Positions 54,660-64,000 of a DNA stretch of 64,000 nucleotides are shown here, piece by piece (positions within the stretch are counted from its first letter, which is position 1; the number at the start of each line of letters is the position of its first letter). The stretch is from Escherichia phage EC128. The notes beneath the pieces are model-generated. The model ran no database searches. It saw only the letters and a list, made by a program, of their open reading frames with translations, and was not told the DNA's origin. The translations under genes and the position numbers were made by a program. The stretch lies in sequence record ON210139.1; one strand, 5' to 3'.

Positions 54660-55779
54660 TTTTAACCTTAACTGGGTCTATTGTTTCCAGTTTCGTTGCA
54701 TTAGTGAACATATATAGATGAGTTACGGAATTATTATTTGATAATTCGTGGATAACTTCATCAACGTAAAATTCGGTTTTAAATTGATTTTTACTATCAT
54801 TAAAAATAATTTTAACACCAGGAGTCAAGTTAAAATTACCGACAGTAGAACATTTAGCATAGCCATCATATTGCGCCATAGTTTGAAGACGAATAGCTTC
54901 TTCATATCCATTCCTATAAGTCATTTCAGAATAAGCACCTGACCTTGACACTACAATAGAGTTTTCTCCCTTTCCTGTAGTAATCATTGGCAATGAAGAA
55001 TCTAAAAATGAATGAGCATAGATAGTAGCGTTTTTCATTGGGTCGCGTTTATGAGGATTCGATTTAGTCAACCAAACGAAATCATATGCTAATGGATATT
55101 TTAATTCTTGGATGAATTGACCTATTAAAGATGGCTCACCGACAATCATTGGATACGGTTCTTGATTTATCATCATATCATAGTCCATCATGTTAACTCC
55201 CATGATGTCTTGCCACACAAATACAAATTTGTCACTTCCTACAGCTAGAGCAACTTCTCTAACATACGACAAATAGTTTTCAAATGTGCTAGTCCATGGA
55301 ATATCAGGAACATAAGCATTTATAGCATTTATTGCTGGAGTTAATAATGTGCGGTCCTGATAAATGACACCAAGCATTTCTTTTATAGATTCGCCTGCAT
55401 CAGGGAAAAATGGTCTACCAAATTTAAGATTTTCTATAGAATGAATAGTTCCCAATTCAATAGCAATGATGTTATCACCTTTTGAATCTACTGACACGGA
55501 AAAATGCTTACATCCATAAATTCGTGTTTTAACATTATTAATATCGTTTGCATTAGCTACAGAAATCTGAATTATTTCATTTCCATCCATTTTTGTATGG
55601 ATATTTTTAGAATCATAAAACTGCAGCATTCCTTCATTTCGGCCATAAAGAGAATCCCGCATAGTTAATGTGGTAATAGTAGCAGCTAATTCAACAAATC
55701 TATTATTACTCCAAGCGTCGTAGCTATCAAATAATTTAACGCTGAGATTTGGATATCCGGGGCGTTGCAACATACTCAT
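54604..55779 (-). CDS. 27: gp27 baseplate hub subunit
   Basis: 391-aa ORF. Confidence 0.85.
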   Translation of the reverse strand: MSMLQRPGYPNLSVKLFDSYDAWSNNRFVELAATITTLTMRDSLYGRNEGMLQFYDSKNIHTKMDGNEIIQISVANANDINNVKTRIYGCKHFSVSVDSKGDNIIAIELGTIHSIENLKFGRPFFPDAGESIKEMLGVIYQDRTLLTPAINAINAYVPDIPWTSTFENYLSYVREVALAVGSDKFVFVWQDIMGVNMMDYDMMINQEPYPMIVGEPSLIGQFIQELKYPLAYDFVWLTKSNPHKRDPMKNATIYAHSFLDSSLPMITTGKGENSIVVSRSGAYSEMTYRNGYEEAIRLQTMAQYDGYAKCSTVGNFNLTPGVKIIFNDSKNQFKTEFYVDEVIHELSNNNSVTHLYMFTNATKLETIDPVKVKNEFKSDTTTEESSSSNKQ

Positions 55780-56528
55780 TATTGTTTATCCTTCTCAATC
55801 AGTTTTAATACGAATCCGCGCTCAGCAGGAATCATTTTCATTATTGAATTTAAGCTATAATTACTTTTTACGAGCGTGTGATTGATTTGATAAAAAGTAA
55901 ATATTTCATCTGGGTTAACTAATAGCTTAAACACATCTACTATATCAGTGTATTTTTTTACATACTTATTACAGCATGACATATGCAATGTTAAATTAAT
56001 AGGATTCATTGCATCGAGAATTTTTTCTAATGTTTCTATCTCGATGGCATCAACAAGTTCTATTTGACTTGATTCGCTAATTTCATTCCAATCATACCAC
56101 ATTTCATCTACTTGAACAGAATGAATATTTTCAGTAATCATCTTTGCTTTATTTTCATAAAACTCAGAAGGAAACTTTAATTTAATTTTAACATTAGCTA
56201 CATCAAAAACAGGTTCCTTTAATTCTTTTTGGTATATTTCAAATGGAACTGTCTTTTCTTTTTTACATTTTGGACATACAAATGTGACCGGTACTTTAGT
56301 TTTACCTATCGACCCTACAAATACCTGCAAAAATATAAATGGTTGCCAAGTCTTCGGATAGTCTCCAAAATAATCAGCAATTAAATCAGCAATTATTTCT
56401 TTTTGTTCTTGTGGTGACCGATGTTCTATATCGTTTCGAACTAACAAAAAATCTCGATAATCTTCTACCGTAAATGGTTTAAAACGATGAACACCATCTG
56501 GTAATTTACAACGAATAATGTTTGCCAT
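55779..56528 (-). CDS. 51: gp51 baseplate hub assembly catalyst
   Basis: 249-aa ORF with Cys clusters. Confidence 0.85.
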   Translation of the reverse strand: MANIIRCKLPDGVHRFKPFTVEDYRDFLLVRNDIEHRSPQEQKEIIADLIADYFGDYPKTWQPFIFLQVFVGSIGKTKVPVTFVCPKCKKEKTVPFEIYQKELKEPVFDVANVKIKLKFPSEFYENKAKMITENIHSVQVDEMWYDWNEISESSQIELVDAIEIETLEKILDAMNPINLTLHMSCCNKYVKKYTDIVDVFKLLVNPDEIFTFYQINHTLVKSNYSLNSIMKMIPAERGFVLKLIEKDKQ

Positions 56529-56545
56529 AGATGCTCCTTTTATTC

Positions 56546-56557
56546 TATTTATAAATA
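56546..56557. promoter_or_regulatory. overlapping divergent late promoters (TATAAATA on both strands) between genes 51 and 26
   Basis: CTATTTATAAATATG: TATAAATA on + at 56550-56557 and on - at 56546-56553. Confidence 0.45.
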
Positions 56558-56578
56558 TGATAAATAAAGGAGCTAAAT

Positions 56579-57205
56579 ATGTATGAATACAAATTTGATG
56601 TGAGAGTTGGTTCTAAAATAATCAATTGTCGCGCATTCACGCTTAAAGAATATCTAGAACTTATTACTGCCAAAAATAATGGTTCTGTAGAAGTAATTGT
56701 TAAAAAGCTAATCAAAGACTGCACAAATGCAAAAGATTTAAATCGCCAAGAATCAGAACTATTGTTGATTCATTTATGGGCGCATTCTCTTGGAGAAGTT
56801 AATCACGAAAACTCCTGGAAGTGCACCTGCGGAACTGAAATACCAACCCATATAAATCTATTACATACACAAATAGATGCACCAGAAGACCTCTGGTATA
56901 CACTGGGTGACATTAAAATTAAATTCCGATACCCTAAAATTTTTGATGATAAAAATATAGCCCATATGATAGTATCATGCATAGAAACGATTCATGCTAA
57001 CGGGGAAAGCATTCCAGTTGAAGACTTAAATGAAAAGGAACTAGAAGATTTATATTCTATCATCACAGAGTCAGATATTGTAGCTATAAAAGATATGCTT
57101 TTAAAACCTACCGTTTATTTGGCTGTTCCAATTAAGTGTCCAGAGTGTGGAAAAACCCATGCTCACGTAATAAGAGGCCTCAAAGAGTTCTTTGAGTTAC
57201 TATAA
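56579..57205 (+). CDS. 26: gp26 baseplate hub subunit
   Basis: 208-aa ORF with SD AAGGAGCTAAAT. Confidence 0.85.
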   Translation: MYEYKFDVRVGSKIINCRAFTLKEYLELITAKNNGSVEVIVKKLIKDCTNAKDLNRQESELLLIHLWAHSLGEVNHENSWKCTCGTEIPTHINLLHTQIDAPEDLWYTLGDIKIKFRYPKIFDDKNIAHMIVSCIETIHANGESIPVEDLNEKELEDLYSIITESDIVAIKDMLLKPTVYLAVPIKCPECGKTHAHVIRGLKEFFELL

Positions 57206-57603
57206 TGGCAAATATTAATAAGCTTTATTCTGATATTGACCCGGAAATGAAAATGGATTGGAACAAAGATGTTTCCAGATCACTTGGATTAAGGTCAATT
57301 AAAAACAGTCTTTTGGGAATTATTACAACAAGAAAAGGTTCAAGACCGTTTGACCCTGAATTTGGATGTGATTTATCAGACCAGCTTTTTGAAAATATGA
57401 CTCCTCTTACTGCTGACACAGTTGAGCGCAATATTGAAAGCGCAGTAAGAAACTATGAGTCACGTATTGATAAATTATCAGTTAATGTGATACCAGTTTA
57501 TGATGATTATACTCTGATAGTAGAAATACGCTTTTCGGTCATCGATAACCCTGATGATATTGAGCAGATAAAACTGCAACTGGCTTCGAGTAATAGGGTA
57601 TAA
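57205..57603 (+). CDS. 25: gp25 baseplate wedge protein
   Basis: 132-aa ORF. Confidence 0.9.
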   Translation: MANINKLYSDIDPEMKMDWNKDVSRSLGLRSIKNSLLGIITTRKGSRPFDPEFGCDLSDQLFENMTPLTADTVERNIESAVRNYESRIDKLSVNVIPVYDDYTLIVEIRFSVIDNPDDIEQIKLQLASSNRV

Positions 57604-57629
57604 TGCTTCACGTTAAAACGTGGTATAAT
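57602..57629 (+). promoter_or_regulatory. MotA-dependent middle promoter for uvsY
   Basis: MotA box AATGCTTCA, 13-nt spacing, TATAAT. Confidence 0.5.
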
Positions 57630-57669
57630 GAATCTAAGTCCATCCAATAACAATTGAATAGAGAACAAT

Positions 57670-58083
57670 ATGAGATTAGAAGATCTTCAAGAAGAATTGA
57701 AGAAAGATGTGTTTATAGATTCGACTAAATTACAGTATGAAGCAGCTAATAATGTGATGTTATATAGTAAATGGCTCAATAAGCATTCAAGTATTAAAAA
57801 GGAAATGCTTAGAATTGATGCACAGAAAAAAGTTGCTCTTAAAGCTAAATTAGACTATTACTCGGGACGAGGAGATGGTGATGAATTTAGTATGGATCGT
57901 TACGAGAAATCAGAAATGAAAACAGTTCTATCAGCTGATAAGGATGTTTTAAAGGTTGATACTTCATTGCAATATTGGGGAATTTTATTGGATTTCTGTA
58001 GCGGAGCTCTTGATGCTATTAAATCACGCGGATTTGCTATTAAGCATATTCAAGACATGCGAGCATTTGAGGCTGGAAAATAA
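57670..58083 (+). CDS. uvsY: UvsY recombination mediator
   Basis: 137-aa ORF. Confidence 0.9.
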   Translation: MRLEDLQEELKKDVFIDSTKLQYEAANNVMLYSKWLNKHSSIKKEMLRIDAQKKVALKAKLDYYSGRGDGDEFSMDRYEKSEMKTVLSADKDVLKVDTSLQYWGILLDFCSGALDAIKSRGFAIKHIQDMRAFEAGK

Positions 58084-58307
58084 TGAGATATAGCATTGAT
58101 GATGCTTTTAATTATGAAGAAGAATTTGAAACGGAAATTCAATTCTTAATGAAAAAGCATAATCTTAAGCGTCAGGATATTCGTATCCTGGCCGACCACC
58201 CGTGTGGTGAAGATGTCCTTTATATTAAAGGAAAATTTGCCGGATATCTTGATGAATATTTTTATTCTAAAGATATGGGCATTGATATGCATATGAGAGT
58301 TGTATAA
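58083..58307 (+). CDS. hypothetical protein (74 aa)
   Basis: ATGA-coupled ORF after uvsY. Confidence 0.5.
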   Translation: MRYSIDDAFNYEEEFETEIQFLMKKHNLKRQDIRILADHPCGEDVLYIKGKFAGYLDEYFYSKDMGIDMHMRVV

Positions 58308-58335
58308 ATAGATATATAATTCAGAGGAGACAATC

Positions 58336-58503
58336 ATGTCAGATAAGATTTGTGTTGTCTGTAAAACTCCAATCGATTCTGCATTGGTTGTTGAAACAGA
58401 CAAAGGTCCTGTACATCCTGGGCCTTGCTATAATTACATTAAAGAACTACCAGTTTCAGAAAGTTCGGAAGAACAATTAAATGAAACACAACTTTTGCTA
58501 TAG
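58336..58503 (+). CDS. hypothetical small cysteine-containing protein (55 aa)
   Basis: SD AGGAGA + ATG; CxxC...C motif; below the ORF-track cutoff. Confidence 0.4.
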   Translation: MSDKICVVCKTPIDSALVVETDKGPVHPGPCYNYIKELPVSESSEEQLNETQLLL

Positions 58504-58558
58504 TGTGACCTTTAGTCTATAGTTTTGGCCCTTCCTTTTTGGTTGGGCCTTTTTTAAT

Positions 58559-58789
58559 TTAAAAGCTTTCTTCTACTTCATCGTCTGAATCTTCTAATTC
58601 AGCTCTTTTTCCTGCCAAAGCATCTCTCACAGAGATGTCATCAGTATCTTTTAATTCAGTTTCTTTGACTCTTTTCTTATAATAAGCTTCAAGTTCTTCT
58701 AAACCTTCTAATGTTTGACAAGAGGCAATTTTACCCATAAATTCATCAATAGAAGCTTCATAAAGAAATTGTTTAAATCCTAGTAACAT
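58559..58789 (-). CDS. uvsW.1: UvsW.1 small acidic protein
   Basis: 76 aa from ATG (MLLGFKQFLYE) with SD GGAG after a UUCG hairpin; the track ORF starts 4 codons upstream at TTG. Confidence 0.7.
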   Translation of the reverse strand: MLLGFKQFLYEASIDEFMGKIASCQTLEGLEELEAYYKKRVKETELKDTDDISVRDALAGKRAELEDSDDEVEESF

Positions 58790-58814
58790 CTTTTTCTCCA
58801 AAGGGCCGAAGCCC

Positions 58815-60323
58815 TTATAAATTAACTGTTTTCATTACGTAATTAAATTTTTCATCTGCGTAGCGCTGAATACGATCAATGCCGTGTTTTAAAAGATAGT
58901 TCAAATGAACATATTTCTTTTTCGTATTAGCAGATTTTGGCTTAACGCCCGCGTCATCTATAAGATCCCAGACTGTTGCTATTGTCTTAGAACCATGCTT
59001 ACGTAATACACGACCGATTGTTTGTAATACAATGATTTTTGATTTAACACCGTGCGCTAAAACAACGTGATGTAGATTTTTAACTGAAATACCAGTAGAA
59101 AATACACCATAACTAGCTACTATAATTATTCCTTTACCATTTTCAGCTAAGGTTTTCATTATATTGCGGGTTTCGGTATCAACTTCCCCTGATACGTAAT
59201 AAACTTTATCGTATTCATTTTTAATTAAATCGAAAATAGCTTTACCATGCGATACATGTTTAAACATGACAAAAGCGTTTTCATCTTTTTGTGCAAGCTT
59301 AATAGCTAATTTAGCGATCCATTTATTTCTTTTACTGAGCCCAGTAATAATTTTTATTTCTTCTTGGTAAGTTTTTCCCTTTAATTTAGTAGTGAACTCA
59401 TCGGGATAGCGAAGAAAAATACTATTAATTTTTAACTCAGTTACTTGTCCATCTTCCATTAATTTAGAGGTCGTTACTGGCTTAAATATTTCACCAAACA
59501 TTCCAACATACTGCATGATATTGGCTTTGCCATCACGTAATGAACCAGATAGACCAAATTTAAACATACAGTTATTTAAACCTGATATGATAGATGAAAT
59601 ACTTTTTCCTGTAGCAAGATGGCATTCATCATTCATCATCATTCCAAACTGTGAGAACCATTCTTTTGGTTGTTTAACTACAGTTTGCCATGTACCAACA
59701 ACGACTGGTGCATCATTTTTATATTTATCATCTTTTGATGCTCCGCCACCAATTTTCTTTATCATTGCATGGCTGAATAAACGATAGTCGACGAAGTCAT
59801 CAGCCATCTGAGTTGTCAGAGCAGTTGTTGGAACAATGATAAGAATTTTACCTTCATAATTTTCCAAATAATACCGCGCAAGCAAAGCTTGAATTAAAGA
59901 TTTACCTGCAGATGTTGGAAGATTAAGAATTCTACGACGATTAACTAATCCTTCGAACACTGCATCTTTTTGATACCAATGCGGTTCAATTCTTTTATTT
60001 CCTGAATAGATTTCTAATTTAGAAAGCCATTCATCAAAATCTTTTCTTGATAATTCTTCTTTTTCGTTAATCTGTGGGTCAATCCAGGCTTTATAGCCAA
60101 AGTTATCGCAGAACTTTTTAATTTGCCCGACTAAGCCGAATGGAAGAAGACGATTATAATCTAAAAGACGGATTCGTCCATCCCAGTTGCCATATCTGAA
60201 GCGAGGATTAAACCTATATCCATCGGCCTCAAACGAAAAGAAATCTCTTAATTCGTGGAACGTGCTCTCTTCACAATCGATGCGTACATGGCTGAAGTCG
60301 TGAAAATGTACTTTAATATCCAT
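58815..60323 (-). CDS. uvsW: UvsW DNA/RNA helicase (SF2)
   Basis: 502-aa ORF with helicase motifs (GSGKS-like Walker A, DECH). Confidence 0.9.
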   Translation of the reverse strand: MDIKVHFHDFSHVRIDCEESTFHELRDFFSFEADGYRFNPRFRYGNWDGRIRLLDYNRLLPFGLVGQIKKFCDNFGYKAWIDPQINEKEELSRKDFDEWLSKLEIYSGNKRIEPHWYQKDAVFEGLVNRRRILNLPTSAGKSLIQALLARYYLENYEGKILIIVPTTALTTQMADDFVDYRLFSHAMIKKIGGGASKDDKYKNDAPVVVGTWQTVVKQPKEWFSQFGMMMNDECHLATGKSISSIISGLNNCMFKFGLSGSLRDGKANIMQYVGMFGEIFKPVTTSKLMEDGQVTELKINSIFLRYPDEFTTKLKGKTYQEEIKIITGLSKRNKWIAKLAIKLAQKDENAFVMFKHVSHGKAIFDLIKNEYDKVYYVSGEVDTETRNIMKTLAENGKGIIIVASYGVFSTGISVKNLHHVVLAHGVKSKIIVLQTIGRVLRKHGSKTIATVWDLIDDAGVKPKSANTKKKYVHLNYLLKHGIDRIQRYADEKFNYVMKTVNL

Positions 60324-60325
60324 AA

Positions 60326-60943
60326 TTATGCCTTACTAAATTTGCCTTTAGAATCTCTTTTCATGAGACGACCTTTAATAAATCCGTCGGGAATAATACC
60401 GTCTGGTTGTATTAATTTATTTATTGCACCGTTATTGACCCAAAAAGTTCCTGTGGTAGTCGGTTTGACTTTACATCCTTTTCTGGACTTTCTATTAGGA
60501 TGAACCATTCCTTTTACAAATCCTTCTGGAACAAGTTCTCCAGGTTTAATAAAAATATTTTTAGTTCCATTGGTGTAACAAGTTGTACCTAATACCGTGC
60601 CCGGTGAGTTTTCAAATCTCTTAGCGGAAGATTCTTTCATCTTTGCTATAACCTCTGTAGTCATAACAATTCCACCAATTCCACCAGGTTTCATATTATA
60701 ATAATTTTTGCTTTTTATTATTTCAGGAGTTATAATTTCTTCTTCATACATGTACGCTTCTTCGGAAGTTTTAAACTCTTTTAGTATTGTTCTAGAGAAA
60801 TTGTTTTCACCATATTTCTTTATAGCCTGCTGAATTGCCTTACCGGAACCAAGGTAACCATCATTCAAGTCATCAGTAGAGTGTTTTCCTATATACTTTT
60901 TACCGTTTATTAGATTTGTTGTTTCATATACAAAGTGGTACAT
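60326..60943 (-). CDS. segE: freestanding GIY-YIG homing endonuclease (SegE-like)
   Basis: 205 aa; N-terminal YHFVYETTNLINGKKYIGKHS GIY-YIG motif; lies between uvsW and inh. Confidence 0.6.
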   Translation of the reverse strand: MYHFVYETTNLINGKKYIGKHSTDDLNDGYLGSGKAIQQAIKKYGENNFSRTILKEFKTSEEAYMYEEEIITPEIIKSKNYYNMKPGGIGGIVMTTEVIAKMKESSAKRFENSPGTVLGTTCYTNGTKNIFIKPGELVPEGFVKGMVHPNRKSRKGCKVKPTTTGTFWVNNGAINKLIQPDGIIPDGFIKGRLMKRDSKGKFSKA

Positions 60944-60992
60944 ACTATTTTCCGAGTAATAAATATATCTATATTTATACTGAGGAAATATT

Positions 60993-61673
60993 ATGATAGA
61001 TAAAGATTATATTGCAGAGCTGAAGGCTCTTGATGATAACAAAGAAGCTAAAGCTAAATTAGCTGAATATGCTGAACAGTTTGGTATAAAGGTCAAAAAG
61101 AATAAATCTTTTGATAATATCGTTGTTGATATTGAAGAAGCCCTCCAGAAGCTCGCTAGTGAACCTATGCCAGAGACTGATGGGTTATCTATTAAAGACC
61201 TAATTGATGCTGCTGATGCCGCAGAGGGATTAAAATATGACGATGAAGAAGTCAATCCAGAAGCAGCACTTCTGATTGATTCTCCGGTTAAATCTGACAT
61301 TAAAATTGAAGTAGTAGAAACGGATAAAATTCCTGAAAATACCTCAGTTTTGATTGAAGATACTCCTTTTGTTGAAGAAAAATTCGAACAGGCTGTAGCT
61401 GAGATTGTTGAATCTGAAAAGCCGTCTGTATTTACTCTTCCGGAAAACTTTAGTCCGAATCTTCAGCTGATTGGAAAAAATCCAGGATTCTGTACTGTTC
61501 CTTGGTGGATTTATCAATGGATTGCTGAAACTCCGGATTGGAAATCTCACCCAACTAGTTTTGAACATGCGTCAGCACACCAAACTTTATTTAGCTTAAT
61601 TTATTACATTAACCGTGACGGATCAGTTTTAATTCGTGAAACACGCAATTCTTCTTTCGTAACATTAAAATAA
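60993..61673 (+). CDS. inh: Inh inhibitor of the prohead protease
   Basis: 226-aa acidic ORF with SD GAGGAAATATT. Confidence 0.8.
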   Translation: MIDKDYIAELKALDDNKEAKAKLAEYAEQFGIKVKKNKSFDNIVVDIEEALQKLASEPMPETDGLSIKDLIDAADAAEGLKYDDEEVNPEAALLIDSPVKSDIKIEVVETDKIPENTSVLIEDTPFVEEKFEQAVAEIVESEKPSVFTLPENFSPNLQLIGKNPGFCTVPWWIYQWIAETPDWKSHPTSFEHASAHQTLFSLIYYINRDGSVLIRETRNSSFVTLK

Positions 61674-61682
61674 GGATAACTT

Positions 61683-63101
61683 ATGACTTTTACAGTTGAT
61701 ATAACTCCTAAAACACCTACTGGAGTTATAGATCAGACTCAGCAGTTTACTGCTACACCCAGTGGTCAAACTGGAGATGGACCTATTACATATGCTTGGA
61801 CTGTAGATGATGTTCCACAAGATGGAGCTGAAGCAACTTTTAGTTATGTATTAAAAGGACCTGCCGGTCAAAAGACTATTAAAGTAGTTGCAACAAATAC
61901 AGTTCCAGAAGCTGAAGCTGAAACAGCAGAAGCTACTACAACTATCACAGTTCAAAATAAGACACAAACGACCACCTTAGCTGTAACTCCTAATAGCCCT
62001 GACGCTGGAGTAATCGGAACAGCTATTGAATTTACTGCCGCTTTAGCTTCGCAGCCACCAGGTGCATCTGCTACGTATCAATGGCACGTTGACGGTTCTC
62101 CTGTGGGCGAAGCAACTTCTGCTACATTCAATTACACTCCTACCACAAGCGGAGTTAAAACAATTAAGTGTGTGGCTCAAGTAACCGCGACAGATTATGA
62201 TGCAAAAGAAGTTACTTCTAATGAAGTGTCACTGACTGTTAATAAAAAGACACAGACAACTACCTTGGCAGTAACTCCCGATAGTCCTTCAGCTGGAGTA
62301 ATCGGAACAGCTGTTGAATTTACCGCTACTTTAGTTTCTCAACCTGATGGAGCATCTGCTACGTATCAGTGGTATGTAGATGATTCACAAGTTGGTGGAG
62401 AAACTAACTCTACATTTAGCTATACTCCAACTACAAGTGGAGTAAAAAGAATTAAATGCGTAGCCCAAGTAACTGCAGAAAATTACAATGAAAAGGAAGT
62501 TACTTCTAATGAAGTATCATTAACGGTTAATAAGAAGACAATGAATCCACAGGTTACATTGACTCCTCCTTCTATTAACGTTCAGCAAGATGCTTCGGCT
62601 ACATTCACGGCTAATGTTACTGATGCTCCAGAAGAAGCGCAAATTGCGTATTCATGGAAGAAAGATTCTTCTCCAGTAGAAGGGTCAACTAATGTATACA
62701 CTGTTGATACATCATCTATTGGAAGTCAAACTATTGAAGTTACTGCAACTGTTACTGCTACTGATTATGATAGCAAAACTATCACAGCAGAAGGTCAAGT
62801 TCAGGTAACTGATAAAGTTGCTCCAGAACCAGAAGGTGAATTACCTTATGTTCATCCTCTTCCACATCGCACTTCAGCTTATATCTGGTGCGGTTGGTGG
62901 GTTATGGATGAAATCCAAAAAATGACTGAAGAAGGTAAAGACTGGAAAACTGACGACCCAGATAGTAAGTACTACTTGCATCGTTACACTCTTCAGAAGA
63001 TGATGAAAGACTATCCAGAAGTTGATGTTCAAGAATCGCGTAATGGATACATCATTCATAAAACTGCTTTAGAAACTGGTATTATCTATACCTATCCATA
63101 A
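61683..63101 (+). CDS. hoc: Hoc highly immunogenic outer capsid protein with four tandem Ig-like domains plus capsid-binding C-terminus
   Basis: 472-aa ORF; conserved C-terminus LPYVHPLPHR...IIYTYP; two ~96-aa Ig-like units in tandem (61959-62246, 62247-62534). Confidence 0.85.
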   Translation: MTFTVDITPKTPTGVIDQTQQFTATPSGQTGDGPITYAWTVDDVPQDGAEATFSYVLKGPAGQKTIKVVATNTVPEAEAETAEATTTITVQNKTQTTTLAVTPNSPDAGVIGTAIEFTAALASQPPGASATYQWHVDGSPVGEATSATFNYTPTTSGVKTIKCVAQVTATDYDAKEVTSNEVSLTVNKKTQTTTLAVTPDSPSAGVIGTAVEFTATLVSQPDGASATYQWYVDDSQVGGETNSTFSYTPTTSGVKRIKCVAQVTAENYNEKEVTSNEVSLTVNKKTMNPQVTLTPPSINVQQDASATFTANVTDAPEEAQIAYSWKKDSSPVEGSTNVYTVDTSSIGSQTIEVTATVTATDYDSKTITAEGQVQVTDKVAPEPEGELPYVHPLPHRTSAYIWCGWWVMDEIQKMTEEGKDWKTDDPDSKYYLHRYTLQKMMKDYPEVDVQESRNGYIIHKTALETGIIYTYP

Positions 63102-63107
63102 TCATAA

Positions 63108-63135
63108 GGGGCTTCGGCCCCCTTTCTTCATTTTG
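63108..63135 (+). terminator. terminator after hoc
   Basis: GGGGC-TTCG-GCCCC followed by CTTTCTTCATTTT. Confidence 0.55.
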
Positions 63136-63191
63136 AAAGCACACAAAACACACTCAGAAAATGATGTATATAATGGCACCAACTCGATAAC

Positions 63192-63407
63192 ATGAGATTG
63201 ATTATGAGAACTGAGGTTGTGGTGTTTACTCTCCATGAGTCTGGAAAGTCATTCATTGAAATTGCTCGTGAATTGAACTTACAGGCAAAAGAGGTGGCTG
63301 TATTATGGGCTCGAGCTATGACTGCTAAGAATAAATTTGAAACTCGAGAAAAAGTTGTCTATAGAAAAAGACATATCAATAAAAAGGTGAAAAATGGAAC
63401 AGTATGA
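63192..63407 (+). CDS. hypothetical protein (71 aa)
   Basis: ORF between hoc and rnlB. Confidence 0.45.
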   Translation: MRLIMRTEVVVFTLHESGKSFIEIARELNLQAKEVAVLWARAMTAKNKFETREKVVYRKRHINKKVKNGTV

Positions 63408-63672
63408 TCTTTATGAAAATGAATCTTTTGCTAATCAATTACGCGAAAAAGCATTCAAAAGTAAACAGTTTAAGCTAGAGTGTTTTATTAAAGATTTTTC
63501 GGAACTTGCTAATAAAGCAGCTGAACAAGGTAAAACACATTTTAATTATTATTGTACTGCTCGCGATAAATTGATTACTGAAGAAATTGGTGATTGGCTG
63601 AGAAAAGAAGGATTCAGCTTTAAAGTTAATAGTGATCAGCGTGATGGTGATTGGTTAGAAATTACATTTTGA
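63394..63672 (+). CDS. hypothetical protein (92 aa)
   Basis: ORF with SD AAAGGTGAAAA. Confidence 0.5.
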   Translation: MEQYDLYENESFANQLREKAFKSKQFKLECFIKDFSELANKAAEQGKTHFNYYCTARDKLITEEIGDWLRKEGFSFKVNSDQRDGDWLEITF

Positions 63673-63681
63673 GGATTAATT

Positions 63682-64000
63682 ATGTTTAAAAAGTATAGCA
63701 GTCTTGAAAATCATTACAACTCTAAATTTATTGAAAAACTTTACAGCTTGGGATTGACTGGCGGCGAATGGGTAGCTCGTGAAAAGATTCACGGCACAAA
63801 TTTCTCGTTGATTATTGAGCGTGATAAAGTGACTTGCGCTAAACGTACTGGTCCTATTCTTCCTGCTGAAGATTTCTTTGGGTATGAAATTATTCTAAAG
63901 AATTACGCTGATTCCATTAAAGCAGTGCAAGATATTATGGAAACTTCAGCGGTTGTATCTTATCAAGTCTTTGGCGAATTCGCTGGACCTGGCATTCAGA
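63682..64000 (+). CDS. rnlB: RNA ligase 2, 5' part (runs off the window end)
   Basis: SD GAGGATTAATT + ATG; [16 protein letters not shown]...[11 protein letters not shown] with ligase lysine motif; open to the window end. Confidence 0.85.

Noticed and set aside
60255-61568. Short ORFs antisense to the segE-like gene and inh (82, 97 and 74 aa)
   Set aside because: They overlap better-supported genes on the opposite strand and lack SD sequences.
61959-62534. Tandem ~288-bp repeats, considered as a possible repeat array or CRISPR-like structure
   Set aside because: The repeats are in-frame protein domain duplications within hoc, with no short spacer-repeat periodicity.

Overview
This window reads as a ~64-kb segment of a T4-like (T-even) coliphage genome, in reverse-complement orientation relative to the usual T4 map, running from rIIA to the 5' end of rnlB. 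All gene names are assigned from recognising the translated ORFs and their lengths against remembered T4 proteins; no database search was run. Early and middle genes lie on the + strand (rIIA, rIIB, denB, ndd, stp, ac, 52, motA, arn, asiA, rnh, dsbA, 33, 59, 32, frd, td, nrdA, nrdB, denA, rnlA, alc, pseT, cd, 31, rIII, 30, alt, 26, 25, uvsY, inh, hoc). Late structural and lysis genes lie on the - strand (holin t, tail fibre genes 38-37-36-35-34, baseplate genes 54-48-29-28-27-51, uvsW). Two group I introns are present: td with I-TevI, and nrdB with a full-length HNH ORF. No tRNA, CRISPR array, integrase or IS element was found. I see no wholly new system, but several points differ from what I remember of reference T4: (1) an in-frame TAA at codon 12 of rIIB; (2) a ~415-bp insertion with a ~115-aa ORF between frd and td, which overlap in T4; (3) a truncated alt-like remnant downstream of alt, cut off by a 54-bp copy of the alc promoter and leader; (4) a T2-type gp38 adhesin and longer gp37; (5) an intact intron endonuclease in nrdB and no mobE between nrdA and nrdB; (6) Hoc with an extra Ig-like repeat.
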